Assembly (NCBI GenBank): GCA_021816765.1
Contig: JAKAXB010000011.1
Span: forward strand, 1,121-65,120
Direction: 5' to 3'
DNA length: 64,000 bases
Source of the DNA: Natronospirales bacterium
Lineage (GTDB): Bacteria > Pseudomonadota > Gammaproteobacteria > Natronospirales > REEB76
Below are positions 22,000-41,153 of this stretch, piece by piece; within the stretch, counting starts at the first letter, position 1, and each line of letters opens with the position of its first letter. The notes below the pieces were generated by a model. The model did no database searches. It was not told where the DNA came from and was given only the letters and a program-made list of their open reading frames with translations. The position numbers and the translations under genes are program-made.

Positions 22000-22368
22000 T
22001 CAGAGTACTTCCGGCGCCAGTGAAATGATGCGCATAAACTGCTCGGTCCTGAGCTCGCGTGTCACTGGTCCGAAGATACGTGTGCCAATGGGTTCCAACT
22101 TGTTGTTGAGCAACACCGCCGCATTGCTGTCGAAACGGATGATGGAGCCATCGGGTCGGCGCACACCGCTCTTGGTACGCACCACCACCGCGTCGTACAC
22201 CTCACCTTTTTTCACCTTGCCGCGCGGAATGGCATCACCAATGCTCACCTTGATGACGTCGCCGATGCGTGCATAACGGCGCTTGGATCCGCCCAGCACC
22301 TTGATGCACTTCAGGCTTCTCGCCCCGCTGTTGTCGGCGGCGGCAAGGACGGTTCGCATCTGGATCAT
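22000..22368 (-). CDS. rplN: 50S ribosomal protein L14
   Basis: [28 protein letters not shown]. Confidence 0.97.
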   Translation of the reverse strand: MIQMRTVLAAADNSGARSLKCIKVLGGSKRRYARIGDVIKVSIGDAIPRGKVKKGEVYDAVVVRTKSGVRRPDGSIIRFDSNAAVLLNNKLEPIGTRIFGPVTRELRTEQFMRIISLAPEVL

Positions 22369-22406
22369 GACTTTGCTTCCACAGTTAGTTCATGCACGCG
22401 GGAGGC

Positions 22407-22670
22407 TCAGTTAGTCGCGTGCCCGATGATTTCCACCAGTTTCCATGCCTTGTGCCGCGAAATGGGGCGGCACTGGGTGATCACCACCGTATCGCCTTCC
22501 TTGCAGGTATTCTGCTCATCATGCGCCTTGATCTTGGTACGACGGCGCATGACCTTGCCGTACATCGGATGGGTAACCAGGCGTTCCACCACCACGGTAA
22601 TGGTCTTGTCCATCTTGTTGCTGATGACTTTGCCGGTCAGCGTGCGTGCTGTCTTGACCTGTTCGTTCAT
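22407..22670 (-). CDS. rpsQ: 30S ribosomal protein S17
   Basis: [30 protein letters not shown]. Confidence 0.97.
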   Translation of the reverse strand: MNEQVKTARTLTGKVISNKMDKTITVVVERLVTHPMYGKVMRRRTKIKAHDEQNTCKEGDTVVITQCRPISRHKAWKLVEIIGHATN

Positions 22671-22673
22671 GAC

Positions 22674-22871
22674 TTACTTACCCGCCTTCGCCCGCTCGCC
22701 GAGCACTGTCTTCACGCGTGCGATATTCTTGCGCGCGTTATGTATCTGATGGCCACGCGGCATCTGGCCCGCTGCCTGCTGCATGCGCAGATTGAACTGT
22801 TCCTTGCGCAGCGCGATGAGCTCCTCACGGAGTTCCTTGTCACCCTTCTTGCGCAGTTCGCTGGCGTTCAT
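22674..22871 (-). CDS. rpmC: 50S ribosomal protein L29
   Basis: [34 protein letters not shown] at 22871 overlaps the rplP stop (TGATG). The track start at 22874 is GTG. Confidence 0.95.
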   Translation of the reverse strand: MNASELRKKGDKELREELIALRKEQFNLRMQQAAGQMPRGHQIHNARKNIARVKTVLGERAKAGK

Positions 22872-23284
22872 CACATCACCACCCGGCTTACGAATGCAGT
22901 AGTCACGGAAAGCTTCGCAGCGGCCAGGCGAAACGCCTCGCGTGCGATTTCCTCGGTCACACCCTCCATTTCATAGAGCACCGTGCCGGGTTGCACCTTG
23001 GCAACCCAGTACTCCACGTTGCCCTTGCCGTTTCCCATGCGCACTTCCAGAGGTTTCTTGGTCACGGGCACATCCGGGAACACCCGGATCCAGATCTTGC
23101 CGCCGCGCTTCACGAAGCGCGTCATGGCGCGCCGCGCCGCCTCAATCTGGCGCGCGGTGAGACGGCCGCGATCGGTGGCCTTGAGGCCGTACTCACCGAA
23201 TGCCACGCTGTTGCCCACCTGCGCCAGGCCGCGGTTACGGCCCTTGTGTTGCTTGCGAAACTTGGTACGCTTAGGCTGCAACAT
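22871..23284 (-). CDS. rplP: 50S ribosomal protein L16
   Basis: [21 protein letters not shown]. Confidence 0.97.
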   Translation of the reverse strand: MLQPKRTKFRKQHKGRNRGLAQVGNSVAFGEYGLKATDRGRLTARQIEAARRAMTRFVKRGGKIWIRVFPDVPVTKKPLEVRMGNGKGNVEYWVAKVQPGTVLYEMEGVTEEIAREAFRLAAAKLSVTTAFVSRVVM

Positions 23285-23978
23285 CGGCCTTTACTCCTGC
23301 TTTTGCCTTGTCAGCAGCTATTTCCTTGCCAACGCTGATTTCACTGGCATCCAGAATCTCGCCCTTGAAGATCCACACCTTGACACCGATGATGCCGTAG
23401 GTGGTGGCGGATTCCGCAAAACCGTAATCGATATCGGCACGCAGAGTATGCAGCGGCACGCGGCCCTCGCGATACCATTCGCTGCGCGCAATTTCCGAAC
23501 CGTTCAGACGGCCCGAGACACGCACCTTGATGCCCAGCGCCCCGAGGCGCATGGTGTTCTGCACCGCGCGCTTCATGGCGCGGCGGAACATGATGCGACG
23601 TTCCAGCTGCTGCGCGATGCCTTCCGCCACCAGATAAGCATCCAGCTCCGGCTTGCGTATCTCCTCGATGGCCACGTCTACTTCGATACCCGGCATCATC
23701 TTGATGAGTTGGGCACGCAGCGCCTCGATGTCCTCGCCTTTCTTGCCGATCACCACGCCCGGACGCGCCGTGTGGATGGTGATGTGGCATTTCTTCGCCG
23801 GCCGCTTGATCTCGATGCGGCTCACCGACGCCTGTGCGAGCTTCTTCTTGAGGAATTCCCGTACCCGCAGGTCGGCTTGCAGGTTTTCCGCATACGCGTC
23901 TTTGGTGGCGAACCACTTGGAATTCCAGTCCGATGCGATGCCCAGACGAAACCCAACCGGATTGACTTTCTGACCCAT
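23271..23978 (-). CDS. rpsC: 30S ribosomal protein S3
   Basis: [24 protein letters not shown]. Confidence 0.97.
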   Translation of the reverse strand: MGQKVNPVGFRLGIASDWNSKWFATKDAYAENLQADLRVREFLKKKLAQASVSRIEIKRPAKKCHITIHTARPGVVIGKKGEDIEALRAQLIKMMPGIEVDVAIEEIRKPELDAYLVAEGIAQQLERRIMFRRAMKRAVQNTMRLGALGIKVRVSGRLNGSEIARSEWYREGRVPLHTLRADIDYGFAESATTYGIIGVKVWIFKGEILDASEISVGKEIAADKAKAGVKADVAA

Positions 23979-23987
23979 GGCTCGTCC

Positions 23988-24320
23988 TTACTCGTCCGCC
24001 ACAGTGATGGTGATGTGGCTTGTGCGTTTCAGAATGCGCGCGCCGCGGCCCTTGGCACGGGCCATCCAGCGCTTCATGCGCGGACCATCGTCCACGCAGA
24101 TGCGCGCAACCTTGAGCTCGTCGATGTCTGCACCGCTGTTGTGCTCGGCGTTGGCAATCGCCGATTCCAAAACCTTCCTCAGCAGCTGCGCGGCACGCCT
24201 GGGGCTGTACTCCAGGATCTGCAGCGCCTGGCCCACCTGTTTGCCGCGAATCTGGTCGGCGACCAGCCGCGCCTTGTACGGGGTGACCCGCGCGAATTTA
24301 TGTGTTGCCGCTACCTGCAT
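23988..24320 (-). CDS. rplV: 50S ribosomal protein L22
   Basis: [31 protein letters not shown]. Confidence 0.97.
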   Translation of the reverse strand: MQVAATHKFARVTPYKARLVADQIRGKQVGQALQILEYSPRRAAQLLRKVLESAIANAEHNSGADIDELKVARICVDDGPRMKRWMARAKGRGARILKRTSHITITVADE

Positions 24321-24331
24321 GGCTTCAATCC

Positions 24332-24628
24332 TCAGGTCTTTGCTTGGGCATCAGCCTCGGCGGTCGTTTTACGCTCGCCGTGACCCTTGAAGACGCGCGT
24401 AGCCGCAAACTCGCCGAGCTTGTGGCCCACCATGTTCTCGCTCACCAGCACCGGTACATGCTGGTGGCCGTTGTGCACCGCGATCGTCAATCCCACCATC
24501 TCCGGCGTCACCATGGAACGGCGCGACCAGGTTTTGATGGGGCGCTTGTTATTGCTCGCCACCGCCGCCTCCACCTTCCTGGCGAGATGCGCATCAACAA
24601 ACGGACCTTTGCGAATCGAACGTGGCAC
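24332..24628 (-). CDS. rpsS: 30S ribosomal protein S19
   Basis: [19 protein letters not shown]...; GTG start with AAGAGG RBS. Confidence 0.97.
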   Translation of the reverse strand: MPRSIRKGPFVDAHLARKVEAAVASNNKRPIKTWSRRSMVTPEMVGLTIAVHNGHQHVPVLVSENMVGHKLGEFAATRVFKGHGERKTTAEADAQAKT

Positions 24629-24645
24629 GTCACTAACCTCTTAAT

Positions 24646-24687
24646 AAATCTTCAACATCTCAATAATTAAATCTTCAACATCTCAAT
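24646..24687. repeat. tandem direct repeat (2 copies, 23-bp period) in the rplB-rpsS spacer
   Basis: AAATCTTCAACATCTCAAT occurs at 24646-24664 and again, perfectly, at 24669-24687. The second copy touches the rplB stop codon. Confidence 0.9.
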
Positions 24688-25514
24688 TACTTCGCCTTGC
24701 GGCGCCGCAAGATCATATTGTCGGTGCGCTTATTGGCGCGCGTCTTGTAACCCTTGGTGGGCTGACCCCACGGCGACACCGGGTGCCGGCCGCCCGAAGT
24801 CTTGCCTTCGCCACCGCCGTGCGGATGGTCGATGGGATTCATAACCACGCCGCGCACCGTCGGACGGATGCCTTGCCAGCGGCGGGCACCGGCCTTGCCG
24901 TACTGGCGCAGATTGTGCTCGTCGTTACCGACCTCGCCGATGGTGGCGCGGCAGTCAACATGCACCTTGCGCATTTCACCGGAACGCAGTCGTACCGTGG
25001 TGTAGGCGCCTTCACGCGCCACTACCTGCACCGACGAGCCGGCGCTACGCGCGAGCTGTGCGCCCTTGCCGGGCTGCAGTTCCACACAGTGCACCTGCGT
25101 GCCCACCGGAATGTTCCTGAGCGGCAGCGTGTTGCCCAGTTTGATGGCCGCGTGGCTGCCGGAGACGACCTCCTGGCCCTGCTCAATGCCCTTGGGGGCA
25201 ATGATGTAGCGGCGTTCGCCATCCTTGTACAGCACCAACGCGATATGCGCTGTACGGTTCGGATCGTACTCAATGCGTTCGACACACCCGCTGACACCGT
25301 CCTTGTCGCGCTTGAAATCCACCAAACGGTAATGCTGCTTGTGACCACCACCCTGGTGACGCGTGGTGATGCGGCCGGCATTGTTGCGGCCGCCCTGCTG
25401 GTTCTTGCGTTCCAGGAGGGCGGTATAGGGTTTACCCTTGTGCAGGCCCGGTGTGGTGACGCTCACCACGCCGCGGCGTCCGGGTGAGGTGGGTCTGGCT
25501 TTTTTCACTGGCAT
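24687..25514 (-). CDS. rplB: 50S ribosomal protein L2
   Basis: [17 protein letters not shown]...[22 protein letters not shown]. Confidence 0.97.
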   Translation of the reverse strand: MPVKKARPTSPGRRGVVSVTTPGLHKGKPYTALLERKNQQGGRNNAGRITTRHQGGGHKQHYRLVDFKRDKDGVSGCVERIEYDPNRTAHIALVLYKDGERRYIIAPKGIEQGQEVVSGSHAAIKLGNTLPLRNIPVGTQVHCVELQPGKGAQLARSAGSSVQVVAREGAYTTVRLRSGEMRKVHVDCRATIGEVGNDEHNLRQYGKAGARRWQGIRPTVRGVVMNPIDHPHGGGEGKTSGGRHPVSPWGQPTKGYKTRANKRTDNMILRRRKAK

Positions 25515-25541
25515 ATTCAGTATTCCTTGCGGCTCAGGGCC

Positions 25542-25847
25542 TTAGGCCTTTTCGCCTACAAAGTTAATCTCGTTGCCCGGCGCCAGGCGCACATAGGCTT
25601 TCTTCCAGCTGCTGCGCTGGCCGGTGCGCTGACCGAAGCGCTTATTCTTGCCGCGCACGTTGACGATTTGCACGTCCGCGACTCTCACTTCAAACATCTT
25701 CTCCACTGCACGACGCACCTGGTCCTTATCCGCGTCGCGGCGTACGCGGAATACCACCTGGTTATGGGCGTCAGCGACGCGCGTGGCTTTTTCGGACACA
25801 TGCGGCCCGAGAATCACGCCCATGAGTTTTTCCTGGTTCAGATTCAT
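25542..25847 (-). CDS. rplW: 50S ribosomal protein L23
   Basis: [27 protein letters not shown] at 25847 overlaps the rplD stop (ATGA). The track start at 25856 is GTG. Confidence 0.95.
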   Translation of the reverse strand: MNLNQEKLMGVILGPHVSEKATRVADAHNQVVFRVRRDADKDQVRRAVEKMFEVRVADVQIVNVRGKNKRFGQRTGQRSSWKKAYVRLAPGNEINFVGEKA

Positions 25848-26455
25848 GCCAGCCACTCCTCAAGACGGCGGATGGACGGCACAGTCATGAGTATCTTCTC
25901 GTAACCCACCAGACTCACGGGATCGAGGCCAGCGACATCACGCACGTCCACATTGGGCAGGTTGCGCGAAGCCAAGTACAGTTTCTCATCCACCTGTTCG
26001 GTGACGATCAGCACATTATCCAGGCCGAGATCCTTCAACTTGGTGGCAAGTTGCTTGGTCTTCGGTGCCTCAACACCGAACTCCGACAGCACCACCATGC
26101 GTTCCTGACGAATCAGCTCCGAGAGGATGGCGCGCATGGCGCCCTGATACATTTTGCGGTTGACCTTCTGGCTGAAGTCCCGCGGGACCGCCGCAAAGGT
26201 CTTGCCGCCGCCACGCCACAGCGGGCTGCGGATACTGCCCGCACGCGCCTGGCCGGAGCCTTTCTGCGCCCAGGGTTTACGACCGCCGCCGCGCACCTGG
26301 CTGCGGGTTTTCTGCGCCTTGGTGCCGGCACGGCCGCCCGCCAGATACGCGCTGACCACCTGGTGCACCAGGGCTTCGTTGAATTCGCGCCCGAAGGTCA
26401 TATCCGAGAGGGTAATGGACTCTCCCCCGGTCTTGCTGTGCAACTGCAGTTCCAT
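25844..26455 (-). CDS. rplD: 50S ribosomal protein L4
   Basis: [18 protein letters not shown]...[24 protein letters not shown] at 26455 lies 10 nt after the rplC stop, with a GAGGTGA RBS. Confidence 0.96.
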   Translation of the reverse strand: MELQLHSKTGGESITLSDMTFGREFNEALVHQVVSAYLAGGRAGTKAQKTRSQVRGGGRKPWAQKGSGQARAGSIRSPLWRGGGKTFAAVPRDFSQKVNRKMYQGAMRAILSELIRQERMVVLSEFGVEAPKTKQLATKLKDLGLDNVLIVTEQVDEKLYLASRNLPNVDVRDVAGLDPVSLVGYEKILMTVPSIRRLEEWLA

Positions 26456-26465
26456 TCCGCTCACC

Positions 26466-27104
26466 TCAACCACGGGTCGCTGGCCGGACGATGACGTTGC
26501 CGCCCTCGGAACCAGGCACGGCGCCCTTCACCAGCAACAGGTTCTTTACCGCATCCACCCTCACTACTTCGAGATTGAGTGCGGTGCGGCGCTTGTTGCC
26601 GAGGTGGCCCGACATCTTCTTGCCGGGAAACACGCGACCCGGTGTCTGACGCTGGCCGATGGAGCCGGGCGCACGATGCGACAGCGAGTTGCCGTGGGTA
26701 GCGTCGCCCATGGTGAAGTGGTGACGTTTCACGGTACCGGCGAAACCCTTACCGAGGCTGGTGCCGGTGACATCCACCTTCTGACCAGGCTTGAAAATGT
26801 CAACCTTCACTTCGGTGCCCGCCTTGAGATCCGCGCCCTCATCGCCGGCGAGACGAAACTCACCGGAAATCTGCCCGGCGCCGCTACCTGCCTTGGCATA
26901 GTGGCCGGCAAGGGCTTTGGTGACACGCACGGAACGACGAGCACCGGTGGTGACCTGCACGGAACGGTAACCGTCCGCTTCCGCGGTCTTCACCTGGGTG
27001 ATGCGGTTGGGTTCAACCTGGATGACGGTCACGGGAATGGACGCACCATCCTCCGCAAACACGCGCGTCATGCCGCATTTGCGGCCGATTACGCCGATAC
27101 TCAT
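26466..27104 (-). CDS. rplC: 50S ribosomal protein L3
   Basis: [39 protein letters not shown]. Confidence 0.97.
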   Translation of the reverse strand: MSIGVIGRKCGMTRVFAEDGASIPVTVIQVEPNRITQVKTAEADGYRSVQVTTGARRSVRVTKALAGHYAKAGSGAGQISGEFRLAGDEGADLKAGTEVKVDIFKPGQKVDVTGTSLGKGFAGTVKRHHFTMGDATHGNSLSHRAPGSIGQRQTPGRVFPGKKMSGHLGNKRRTALNLEVVRVDAVKNLLLVKGAVPGSEGGNVIVRPATRG

Positions 27105-27122
27105 CTTCTAGTCCTCGTCACC

Positions 27123-27192
27123 GCGCCGACTGCGATTGGTCGGCGCTGCTGCAATCACACGCGGCCCGGTGAAGGTAACCCCACCGGGCCGC
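27123..27192 (-). promoter_or_regulatory. structured leader before rplC: two strong GC hairpins
   Basis: 27161-27171 GCGGCCCGGTG pairs with 27182-27192 CACCGGGCCGC (11 bp, 10-nt loop). 27123-27130 GCGCCGAC pairs with 27139-27146 GTCGGCGC (8 bp, 8-nt loop). GAGGA RBS follows before the ATG at 27104. Confidence 0.6.
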
Positions 27193-27204
27193 AGGGAGCC
27201 AAGG

Positions 27205-27232
27205 ATTATACCAGCCTGTCCGGCCCCTGCAA
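27205..27232 (-). promoter_or_regulatory. candidate sigma-70 promoter with extended -10 inside the rpsJ-rplC spacer
   Basis: Minus strand: TTGCAG-N16(ending TGG)-TATAAT. The -10 is perfect with a TGn extension (revcomp of 27205-27213); the -35 is the revcomp of 27227-27232. Confidence 0.4.
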
Positions 27233-27245
27233 CAGGACGGCTGCC

Positions 27246-27557
27246 TTAATTTAGCTTGATCTGTACGTCCACGCCGGCCGGCAAGTCGAGCTTCATCAGG
27301 GCGTCCACGGTCTTGTCCGTGGGGTCCACGATGTCCATGAGCCGCTTATGGGTGCGGATCTCGTACTGGTCGCGGGCGTCCTTGTCGGCATGCGGGGAAA
27401 CCAGGATGGTGAAGCGCTCCATCTTCACGGGCAAAGGAATGGGTCCTTTCACCTGGGCACCGGTGCGCCGGGCGGTTTCCACAATCTCCTTCGCCGACTT
27501 GTCGATAAGCCGGTAATCGAAAGCCTTCAAACGGATGCGGATAGTCTGGGTTGCCAT
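27246..27557 (-). CDS. rpsJ: 30S ribosomal protein S10
   Basis: [43 protein letters not shown]. Starts 6 nt after the tuf stop. Confidence 0.97.
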   Translation of the reverse strand: MATQTIRIRLKAFDYRLIDKSAKEIVETARRTGAQVKGPIPLPVKMERFTILVSPHADKDARDQYEIRTHKRLMDIVDPTDKTVDALMKLDLPAGVDVQIKLN

Positions 27558-27563
27558 GATGAT

Positions 27564-28754
<1,191 letters not shown>

Positions 28755-28823
28755 GGTGATTCTCCTCGATCCACATTAATTCAAATTCGTGACTTCTAGG
28801 CTGCTCTAACCAGCCGGTTCGCT

Positions 28824-28899
28824 GGTGAGGGGCAACGTGAGAGATGCGGGTCAGAATCCATTGGATTCTTTACGCCTCACTCTTCATCCCTCATCATCT
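28824..28899 (-). repeat. GTGAGG/CCTCAC structured intergenic element, copy A (fusA-tuf spacer)
   Basis: Imperfect long inverted repeat. 28824-28831 pairs with 28888-28895, 28837-28841 with 28876-28880, and 28853-28859 with 28863-28869. Shares the 12-mer CCTCACTCTTCA (28875-28886) with copy C. Confidence 0.6.
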
Positions 28900-30999
<2,100 letters not shown>

Positions 31000-31036
31000 G
31001 ACGGAATCCTCGGAAACTTAAATCACAAATAAATGA

Positions 31037-31513
<477 letters not shown>

Positions 31514-31525
31514 TTACCTGATGAA

Positions 31526-31900
<375 letters not shown>

Positions 31901-31967
31901 GAAACAACTCTCGCTACTGGGTTTATATATTGATGAAACAAGCTCTATGAGCAGCCGCACTCAGCCC

Positions 31968-32002
31968 GGAAAGAAGAAACAGGCCGGTCTGAACCGGCCT
32001 GT
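31968..32002 (-). terminator. rho-independent terminator after rpoC
   Basis: Minus strand: ACAGGCCGG-TTCAGA-CCGGCCTGT followed by TTCTTCTTTCC. Confidence 0.7.
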
Positions 32003-32113
32003 CTCGGGAGTCTCCGCAGAGGCGACTGTCATCGGATCGCCGTGCGCTGCCTGTAAAGAGCGGGAATTTTAGGGATGGGGGGCGGTACTGTCAAGGAAAC
32101 CGTCCCCGTACCT

Positions 32114-36349
<4,236 letters not shown>

Positions 36350-36405
36350 GTTTGCATCACCATTCAGTTAACTGGCTTCAACACCCACCCTTAAACAGTT
36401 CCCCG

Positions 36406-39400
36406 TCAGTCCTGCTCCAGTTTGATGTCGATACCCAGCGAACGAATTTCCTTGACCAGTACGTTGAACGATTCCGGCATTCCCGCCTCCATTCGGTGAT
36501 CGCTATCCACGATGTTCTTGTACATCTTGGTGCGCCCGATAGTGTCGTCGGACTTGACCGTGAGCATTTCCTGCAGCGTGTACGCGGCACCGTAAGCCTC
36601 CAGCGCCCATACCTCCATTTCGCCGAAGCGCTGACCGCCGAACTGCGCCTTGCCGCCCAACGGCTGCTGGGTGACGAGCGAGTAGGGCCCGGTGGAACGC
36701 GCGTGCATCTTGTCGTCCACCAGATGATTGAGCTTCAGCATGTACATATAACCTACGGTCACCGGTCGTTCGAAGGCTTCGCCCGTGCGGCCGTCGTAAA
36801 GCGTCGTCTGACCGCTCTCCGGCAGCCCGGCGAGCCTGAGAAGATGCTTGATCTCTTCTTCCTTGGCACCGTCGAATACCGGGGTCGCCACCGGGATACC
36901 TTCGCGCAGGTTTTCCGCCAGCGTCGCGATTTCCACGTCACTGAACGAGGTGAGATTCTCTTTCTTGCCGCCGGTCTTGTTGTAGACCTGTTCCAGGAAC
37001 TTGCGCAGTTCCTCGGCCTTGGCCTGCCCGTCCAGCATTTTGCCGATCTTGAAGCCGATGCCTTTCGCGGCCCAGCCCAGATGGGTCTCGAGAATCTGGC
37101 CGATATTCATACGCGAGGGCACACCCAGCGGGTTCAACACCACGTCCACCGGCGTACCGTCGGCGGCGTAGGGCATGTCTTCCACCGGCACAATCATGGA
37201 AATCACGCCCTTGTTACCGTGGCGACCGGCCATCTTGTCGCCCGGTTGTACGCGGCGCTTGACTGCAAGGAATACCTTCACCATCTTGATGACACCCGGG
37301 GCGAGATCGTCACCGGCGGTGATCTTGCGCTTCTTTTCTTCGTAGCGACGCTCGAACTCGTGATGTTGCGACTTCAGTGTCGCAGCCACTTTCTCGAGTT
37401 GTTCATTGACTTCGTCGTTCTTCAGGCGGATCTCGAACCACTTCTCCCGCGGTAGCTCATCGAGATAGCTCTTGGTGATCTTGCCGCCGGATTTCATGCC
37501 TTTGGGGCCGCCTTCCGCCAACTTCCCAATGAGCATACGCTCGACGCGCTGAAAGATGTCTTCTTCCAGGATGCGGCGCTGATCGTTCAGGTCCTTGCGC
37601 ACCTTTTCCAGTTCCGCCTTCTCGATGGACAACGCGCGCGAATCCTTGTCCACGCCGTCGCGAGTAAACACACGCACGTCAATGACGGTGCCATCCATAC
37701 CCGGCGGCACACGCAGCGACGTATCCTTCACGTCGGAGGCCTTCTCACCGAAAATAGCACGCAGCAGTTTCTCTTCCGGCGTGAGCTGGGTCTCGCCCTT
37801 GGGGGTGACCTTTCCCACCAGGATGTCGCCGGATTTCACCTCGGCGCCGATATAGGCTATGCCCGCTTCATCGAGTTTTGCCAGCGCCGTTTCACCCACG
37901 TTGGGAATATCCGCCGTGATTTCTTCCGAACCCAGCTTGGTGTCGCGAGCGATGCAGGTAAGCTCCTCGATGTGGATGGTGGTGAAGCGCTCCTCTTCCA
38001 CCACGCGCTCCGAGATAAGGATGGAATCCTCGAAGTTGTAACCGTTCCAGGGCATGAATGCCACCAGCAGATTCTGGCCAAGCGCAAGCTCGCCGAGATC
38101 CGTGGATGGACCATCGGCCAGGGCATCACCGCGCGCGATCACATCACCAGGCTTCACCAGCGGGCGCTGGTTGATACAGGTATTCTGGTTGGAGCGGGTG
38201 TACTTGGTAAGGTTGTAGATATCCACACCCGGCTCACCGGCATGAGTTTCGTCGTCGTTGACGCGCACCACAATGCGGCCTGCGTCCACGGAATCCACCA
38301 TGCCGCCGCGCTTGGCCACCACCACCACGCCGGAGTCGATGGCAACAGTACGCTCGATGCCGGTACCTACCAGCGGTTTTTCGGTGCGCAGTGTCGGCAC
38401 CGCCTGGCGCTGCATGTTCGAACCCATGAGAGCGCGGTTGGCGTCGTCGTGTTCCAGGAACGGGATCAGCGCGGCCGCTACCGACACGATCTGCTTCGGT
38501 GATACGTCGATGAAGTCGATCTTGTCCGGTGTGGACATGCCGAATTCATTCTGGTGCCGGCAGGATACCAGGTCAACCACAAAGCGGCTGCGGTCGTCCA
38601 ACTCGGCGTTGGCCTGGGCGATAACGTACTGACCTTCCTCAATGGCGGACAGATACACGATCTCGTCGCTGACCTTGCCGTCTTTCACCTTGCGATAGGG
38701 GGTTTCCAGGAAACCGTAGTCGTTGGTGCGCGCATACACCGACAGCGAGTTGATGAGGCCGATGTTCGGCCCTTCCGGCGTTTCGATGGGACACACGCGG
38801 CCGTAGTGGGTCGGGTGTACGTCGCGTACTTCGAAACCAGCGCGCTCGCGCGTGAGGCCGCCCGGACCGAGCGCGGACACGCGGCGCTTATGGGTAACTT
38901 CCGACAGCGGATTGTTCTGATCCATGAACTGCGACAGCTGCGAAGAGCCAAAGAATTCCTTGACGGCCGCGGATACGGGCTTGGCATTGATGAGTTCCTG
39001 CGGCATCAATCCTTCGGACTCGGCCAGCGCCAAGCGTTCCTTCACGGCACGCTCCACGCGCACCAAACCGATGCGGAACACGTTTTCCGCCATTTCGCCC
39101 ACACTGCGCACGCGGCGGTTGCCCAAGTGATCAATGTCGTCCACCGTGCCGTTGCCGTTGCGGATTTCGATAAGCACACGCATGGCATCCACAATGTCGG
39201 ACAACTTGCCGAGCTCCTTGTAGAACTTCTTGCAGGTTTCGTCCTGCCGCTGACTGAAATACATGCCGTCGTAGAGCACGCCCGGACCGGTGATGGCCTC
39301 GCGACCCACACGCCGATTGAACTTCATGCGGCCGACGGCTGACAGGTCATAGCGGTCGAGCGTGAAGAACAGGTTGTGGAACAGGGTTTCGGCAGCGTCC

Positions 39401-40551
39401 TTGGTGGGCGGCTCGCCGGGGCGCATCATGCGGTAAATCTCGACCATGGCTTCCAGCGGCGTGCGTGTCGGATCGATGCGCAAGGTGCTCGAGATGTACG
39501 GCCCCTTGTCCAGGTCGTTGGTGAACAGGGTACGGATCTCCTTGACGCCCGCCTTGATGAATTCCTGCATCTTTGCGGCGCTGAGTTCCTCGTTGGCCTT
39601 GGCCAACAGTTCCCCGGTGGGGATCTGCACCACATCGTGGGCCACAACCTTGCCCGCCAAGTATTCAAGCGGCACCACGAGGGACTTGATTTCGGCCTTC
39701 TCCAGTTCACGGATGTGGCGTGCGGTGACGCGGCGGCCTTCCTCCACCAGCACCTTGTTCTTGATTTTGATATCGAATGCCGCGGTCTCACCGCGCAGGC
39801 GTTCCGGCACGAGATCCAATGTGATTTCATCCTTGCCGAGATGGAAAACGTTGGTTTCAAAAAACATGTCGAGGATCTGCGCGTCGTTATAGCCGAGCGC
39901 GTGCAGCAGAATTGTCGCTGGCAGTTTGCGACGCCGATCAATGCGCACGAACACGCAATCCTTTGGATCGAACTCGAAGTCCAACCAGGAGCCGCGGTAG
40001 GGGATCACGCGCGCGGAGAACAACAGCTTGCCCGAGGAATGGGTCTTGCCCTTGTCGTGATCAAAGAACACACCAGGCGAACGGTGCAACTGCGAAACGA
40101 TCACGCGCTCGGTACCGTTGATAATAAAGGTACCGTTGTCGGTCATGAGCGGCAGTTCACCCATGTACACTTCCTGTTCCTTCACTTCCTTGGGGCGGCG
40201 GTTTTCCAGCGGAGCTTCCTTGTCATACAGCGCGAGACGCATCAGCACGCGCAGCGGCGCCGCGTAGGTGAGACCGCGCATGATGCATTCCTTCTCGTCA
40301 AACGCCGGTTCGCCGAGATGGTAATGCACATACTCGATCGCGGCATTACCCGAATAACTGGTGATGGGGAACACGGACCTGAAAGCCGCATGCAGGCCCT
40401 CTCCGATTCGTTCCTTCGGCGCCTTGTCCACCTGCAGAAACTGGCGGTAGGACTCAAGTTGGATGGCCAGAAGGTAAGGCACGTCGAGTACGCTCGAACG
40501 CTTGCCAAAGTCCTTGCGGATACGCTTCTTTTCAGTGAATGAGTAGGCCAT
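36406..40551 (-). CDS. rpoB: DNA-directed RNA polymerase subunit beta
   Basis: [38 protein letters not shown] at 40551 with a GAGGT RBS; the track start at 40554 is GTG. Confidence 0.98.
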   Translation of the reverse strand: MAYSFTEKKRIRKDFGKRSSVLDVPYLLAIQLESYRQFLQVDKAPKERIGEGLHAAFRSVFPITSYSGNAAIEYVHYHLGEPAFDEKECIMRGLTYAAPLRVLMRLALYDKEAPLENRRPKEVKEQEVYMGELPLMTDNGTFIINGTERVIVSQLHRSPGVFFDHDKGKTHSSGKLLFSARVIPYRGSWLDFEFDPKDCVFVRIDRRRKLPATILLHALGYNDAQILDMFFETNVFHLGKDEITLDLVPERLRGETAAFDIKIKNKVLVEEGRRVTARHIRELEKAEIKSLVVPLEYLAGKVVAHDVVQIPTGELLAKANEELSAAKMQEFIKAGVKEIRTLFTNDLDKGPYISSTLRIDPTRTPLEAMVEIYRMMRPGEPPTKDAAETLFHNLFFTLDRYDLSAVGRMKFNRRVGREAITGPGVLYDGMYFSQRQDETCKKFYKELGKLSDIVDAMRVLIEIRNGNGTVDDIDHLGNRRVRSVGEMAENVFRIGLVRVERAVKERLALAESEGLMPQELINAKPVSAAVKEFFGSSQLSQFMDQNNPLSEVTHKRRVSALGPGGLTRERAGFEVRDVHPTHYGRVCPIETPEGPNIGLINSLSVYARTNDYGFLETPYRKVKDGKVSDEIVYLSAIEEGQYVIAQANAELDDRSRFVVDLVSCRHQNEFGMSTPDKIDFIDVSPKQIVSVAAALIPFLEHDDANRALMGSNMQRQAVPTLRTEKPLVGTGIERTVAIDSGVVVVAKRGGMVDSVDAGRIVVRVNDDETHAGEPGVDIYNLTKYTRSNQNTCINQRPLVKPGDVIARGDALADGPSTDLGELALGQNLLVAFMPWNGYNFEDSILISERVVEEERFTTIHIEELTCIARDTKLGSEEITADIPNVGETALAKLDEAGIAYIGAEVKSGDILVGKVTPKGETQLTPEEKLLRAIFGEKASDVKDTSLRVPPGMDGTVIDVRVFTRDGVDKDSRALSIEKAELEKVRKDLNDQRRILEEDIFQRVERMLIGKLAEGGPKGMKSGGKITKSYLDELPREKWFEIRLKNDEVNEQLEKVAATLKSQHHEFERRYEEKKRKITAGDDLAPGVIKMVKVFLAVKRRVQPGDKMAGRHGNKGVISMIVPVEDMPYAADGTPVDVVLNPLGVPSRMNIGQILETHLGWAAKGIGFKIGKMLDGQAKAEELRKFLEQVYNKTGGKKENLTSFSDVEIATLAENLREGIPVATPVFDGAKEEEIKHLLRLAGLPESGQTTLYDGRTGEAFERPVTVGYMYMLKLNHLVDDKMHARSTGPYSLVTQQPLGGKAQFGGQRFGEMEVWALEAYGAAYTLQEMLTVKSDDTIGRTKMYKNIVDSDHRMEAGMPESFNVLVKEIRSLGIDIKLEQD

Positions 40552-40640
40552 CACAGTTACCTCAACACGCGCCCGCTGCGCGGTGGTTTAATCAAACAGT
40601 GCCGCCGTGAGGCGGCGCGATGGTGCAACCGCACCACCCG

Positions 40641-40683
40641 ACAAACAAAAACAGGGGAAGGCCGGTGGCTTGCGCCACCAGCC
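40641..40683 (-). terminator. rplL-rpoB intergenic hairpin plus T-tract (attenuator-like partial terminator)
   Basis: Minus strand: GGTGGC-GCAA-GCCACC, then about 12 nt, then TGTTTTTGTTTGT. The position matches the known E. coli rplL-rpoB attenuator. Confidence 0.5.
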
Positions 40684-40736
40684 GATTCCACCCGCGGGGC
40701 ATATAGCCCGCCTGGTACATCTGAATTTCCAGAGGC

Positions 40737-41114
40737 TTACTTGATCTCGACGGTCGCACCAGCCGCCTCCAGATCCTTCTTGAACTTGGCGGCGTCATCC
40801 TTCGACGCACCTTCTTTCACGGTCTGCGGAGCACCTTCCACCATATCTTTGGCTTCCTTGAGCCCCAAGCCCGTGATGGTACGCACCACCTTGATGACCT
40901 CGACCTTCTTTTCGCCGATGGCTTTCAAGACCACGGCGAACTCGGTCTTCTCCTCGACGGGGGCCGCCGCCGCGGCGCCCGCTGCGGGTGCCGCGGCCAC
41001 GGCGGCAGCTGCGGACACACCGAACTTCTCCTCCATCGCGGAAATCAGGTCCACAATCTCCATCACAGTCATCTTGGAAATGGTTTCCAGAATGTCGTCT
41101 TTAGAAACAGCCAT
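40737..41114 (-). CDS. rplL: 50S ribosomal protein L7/L12
   Basis: [40 protein letters not shown] at 41114 lies 8 nt after AGGAG; the ATG at 41120 is only 2 nt after it. Confidence 0.95.
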   Translation of the reverse strand: MAVSKDDILETISKMTVMEIVDLISAMEEKFGVSAAAAVAAAPAAGAAAAAPVEEKTEFAVVLKAIGEKKVEVIKVVRTITGLGLKEAKDMVEGAPQTVKEGASKDDAAKFKKDLEAAGATVEIK

Positions 41115-41153
41115 TGTCATTACTCCTGAAAAATATCTATCCGAATCGGTTGA

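Noticed and set aside
24641-24690. Possible CRISPR-like or minisatellite array in the rplB-rpsS spacer.
   Set aside because: There are only two tandem copies with no unique spacers and no cas genes. It is simply a duplication.
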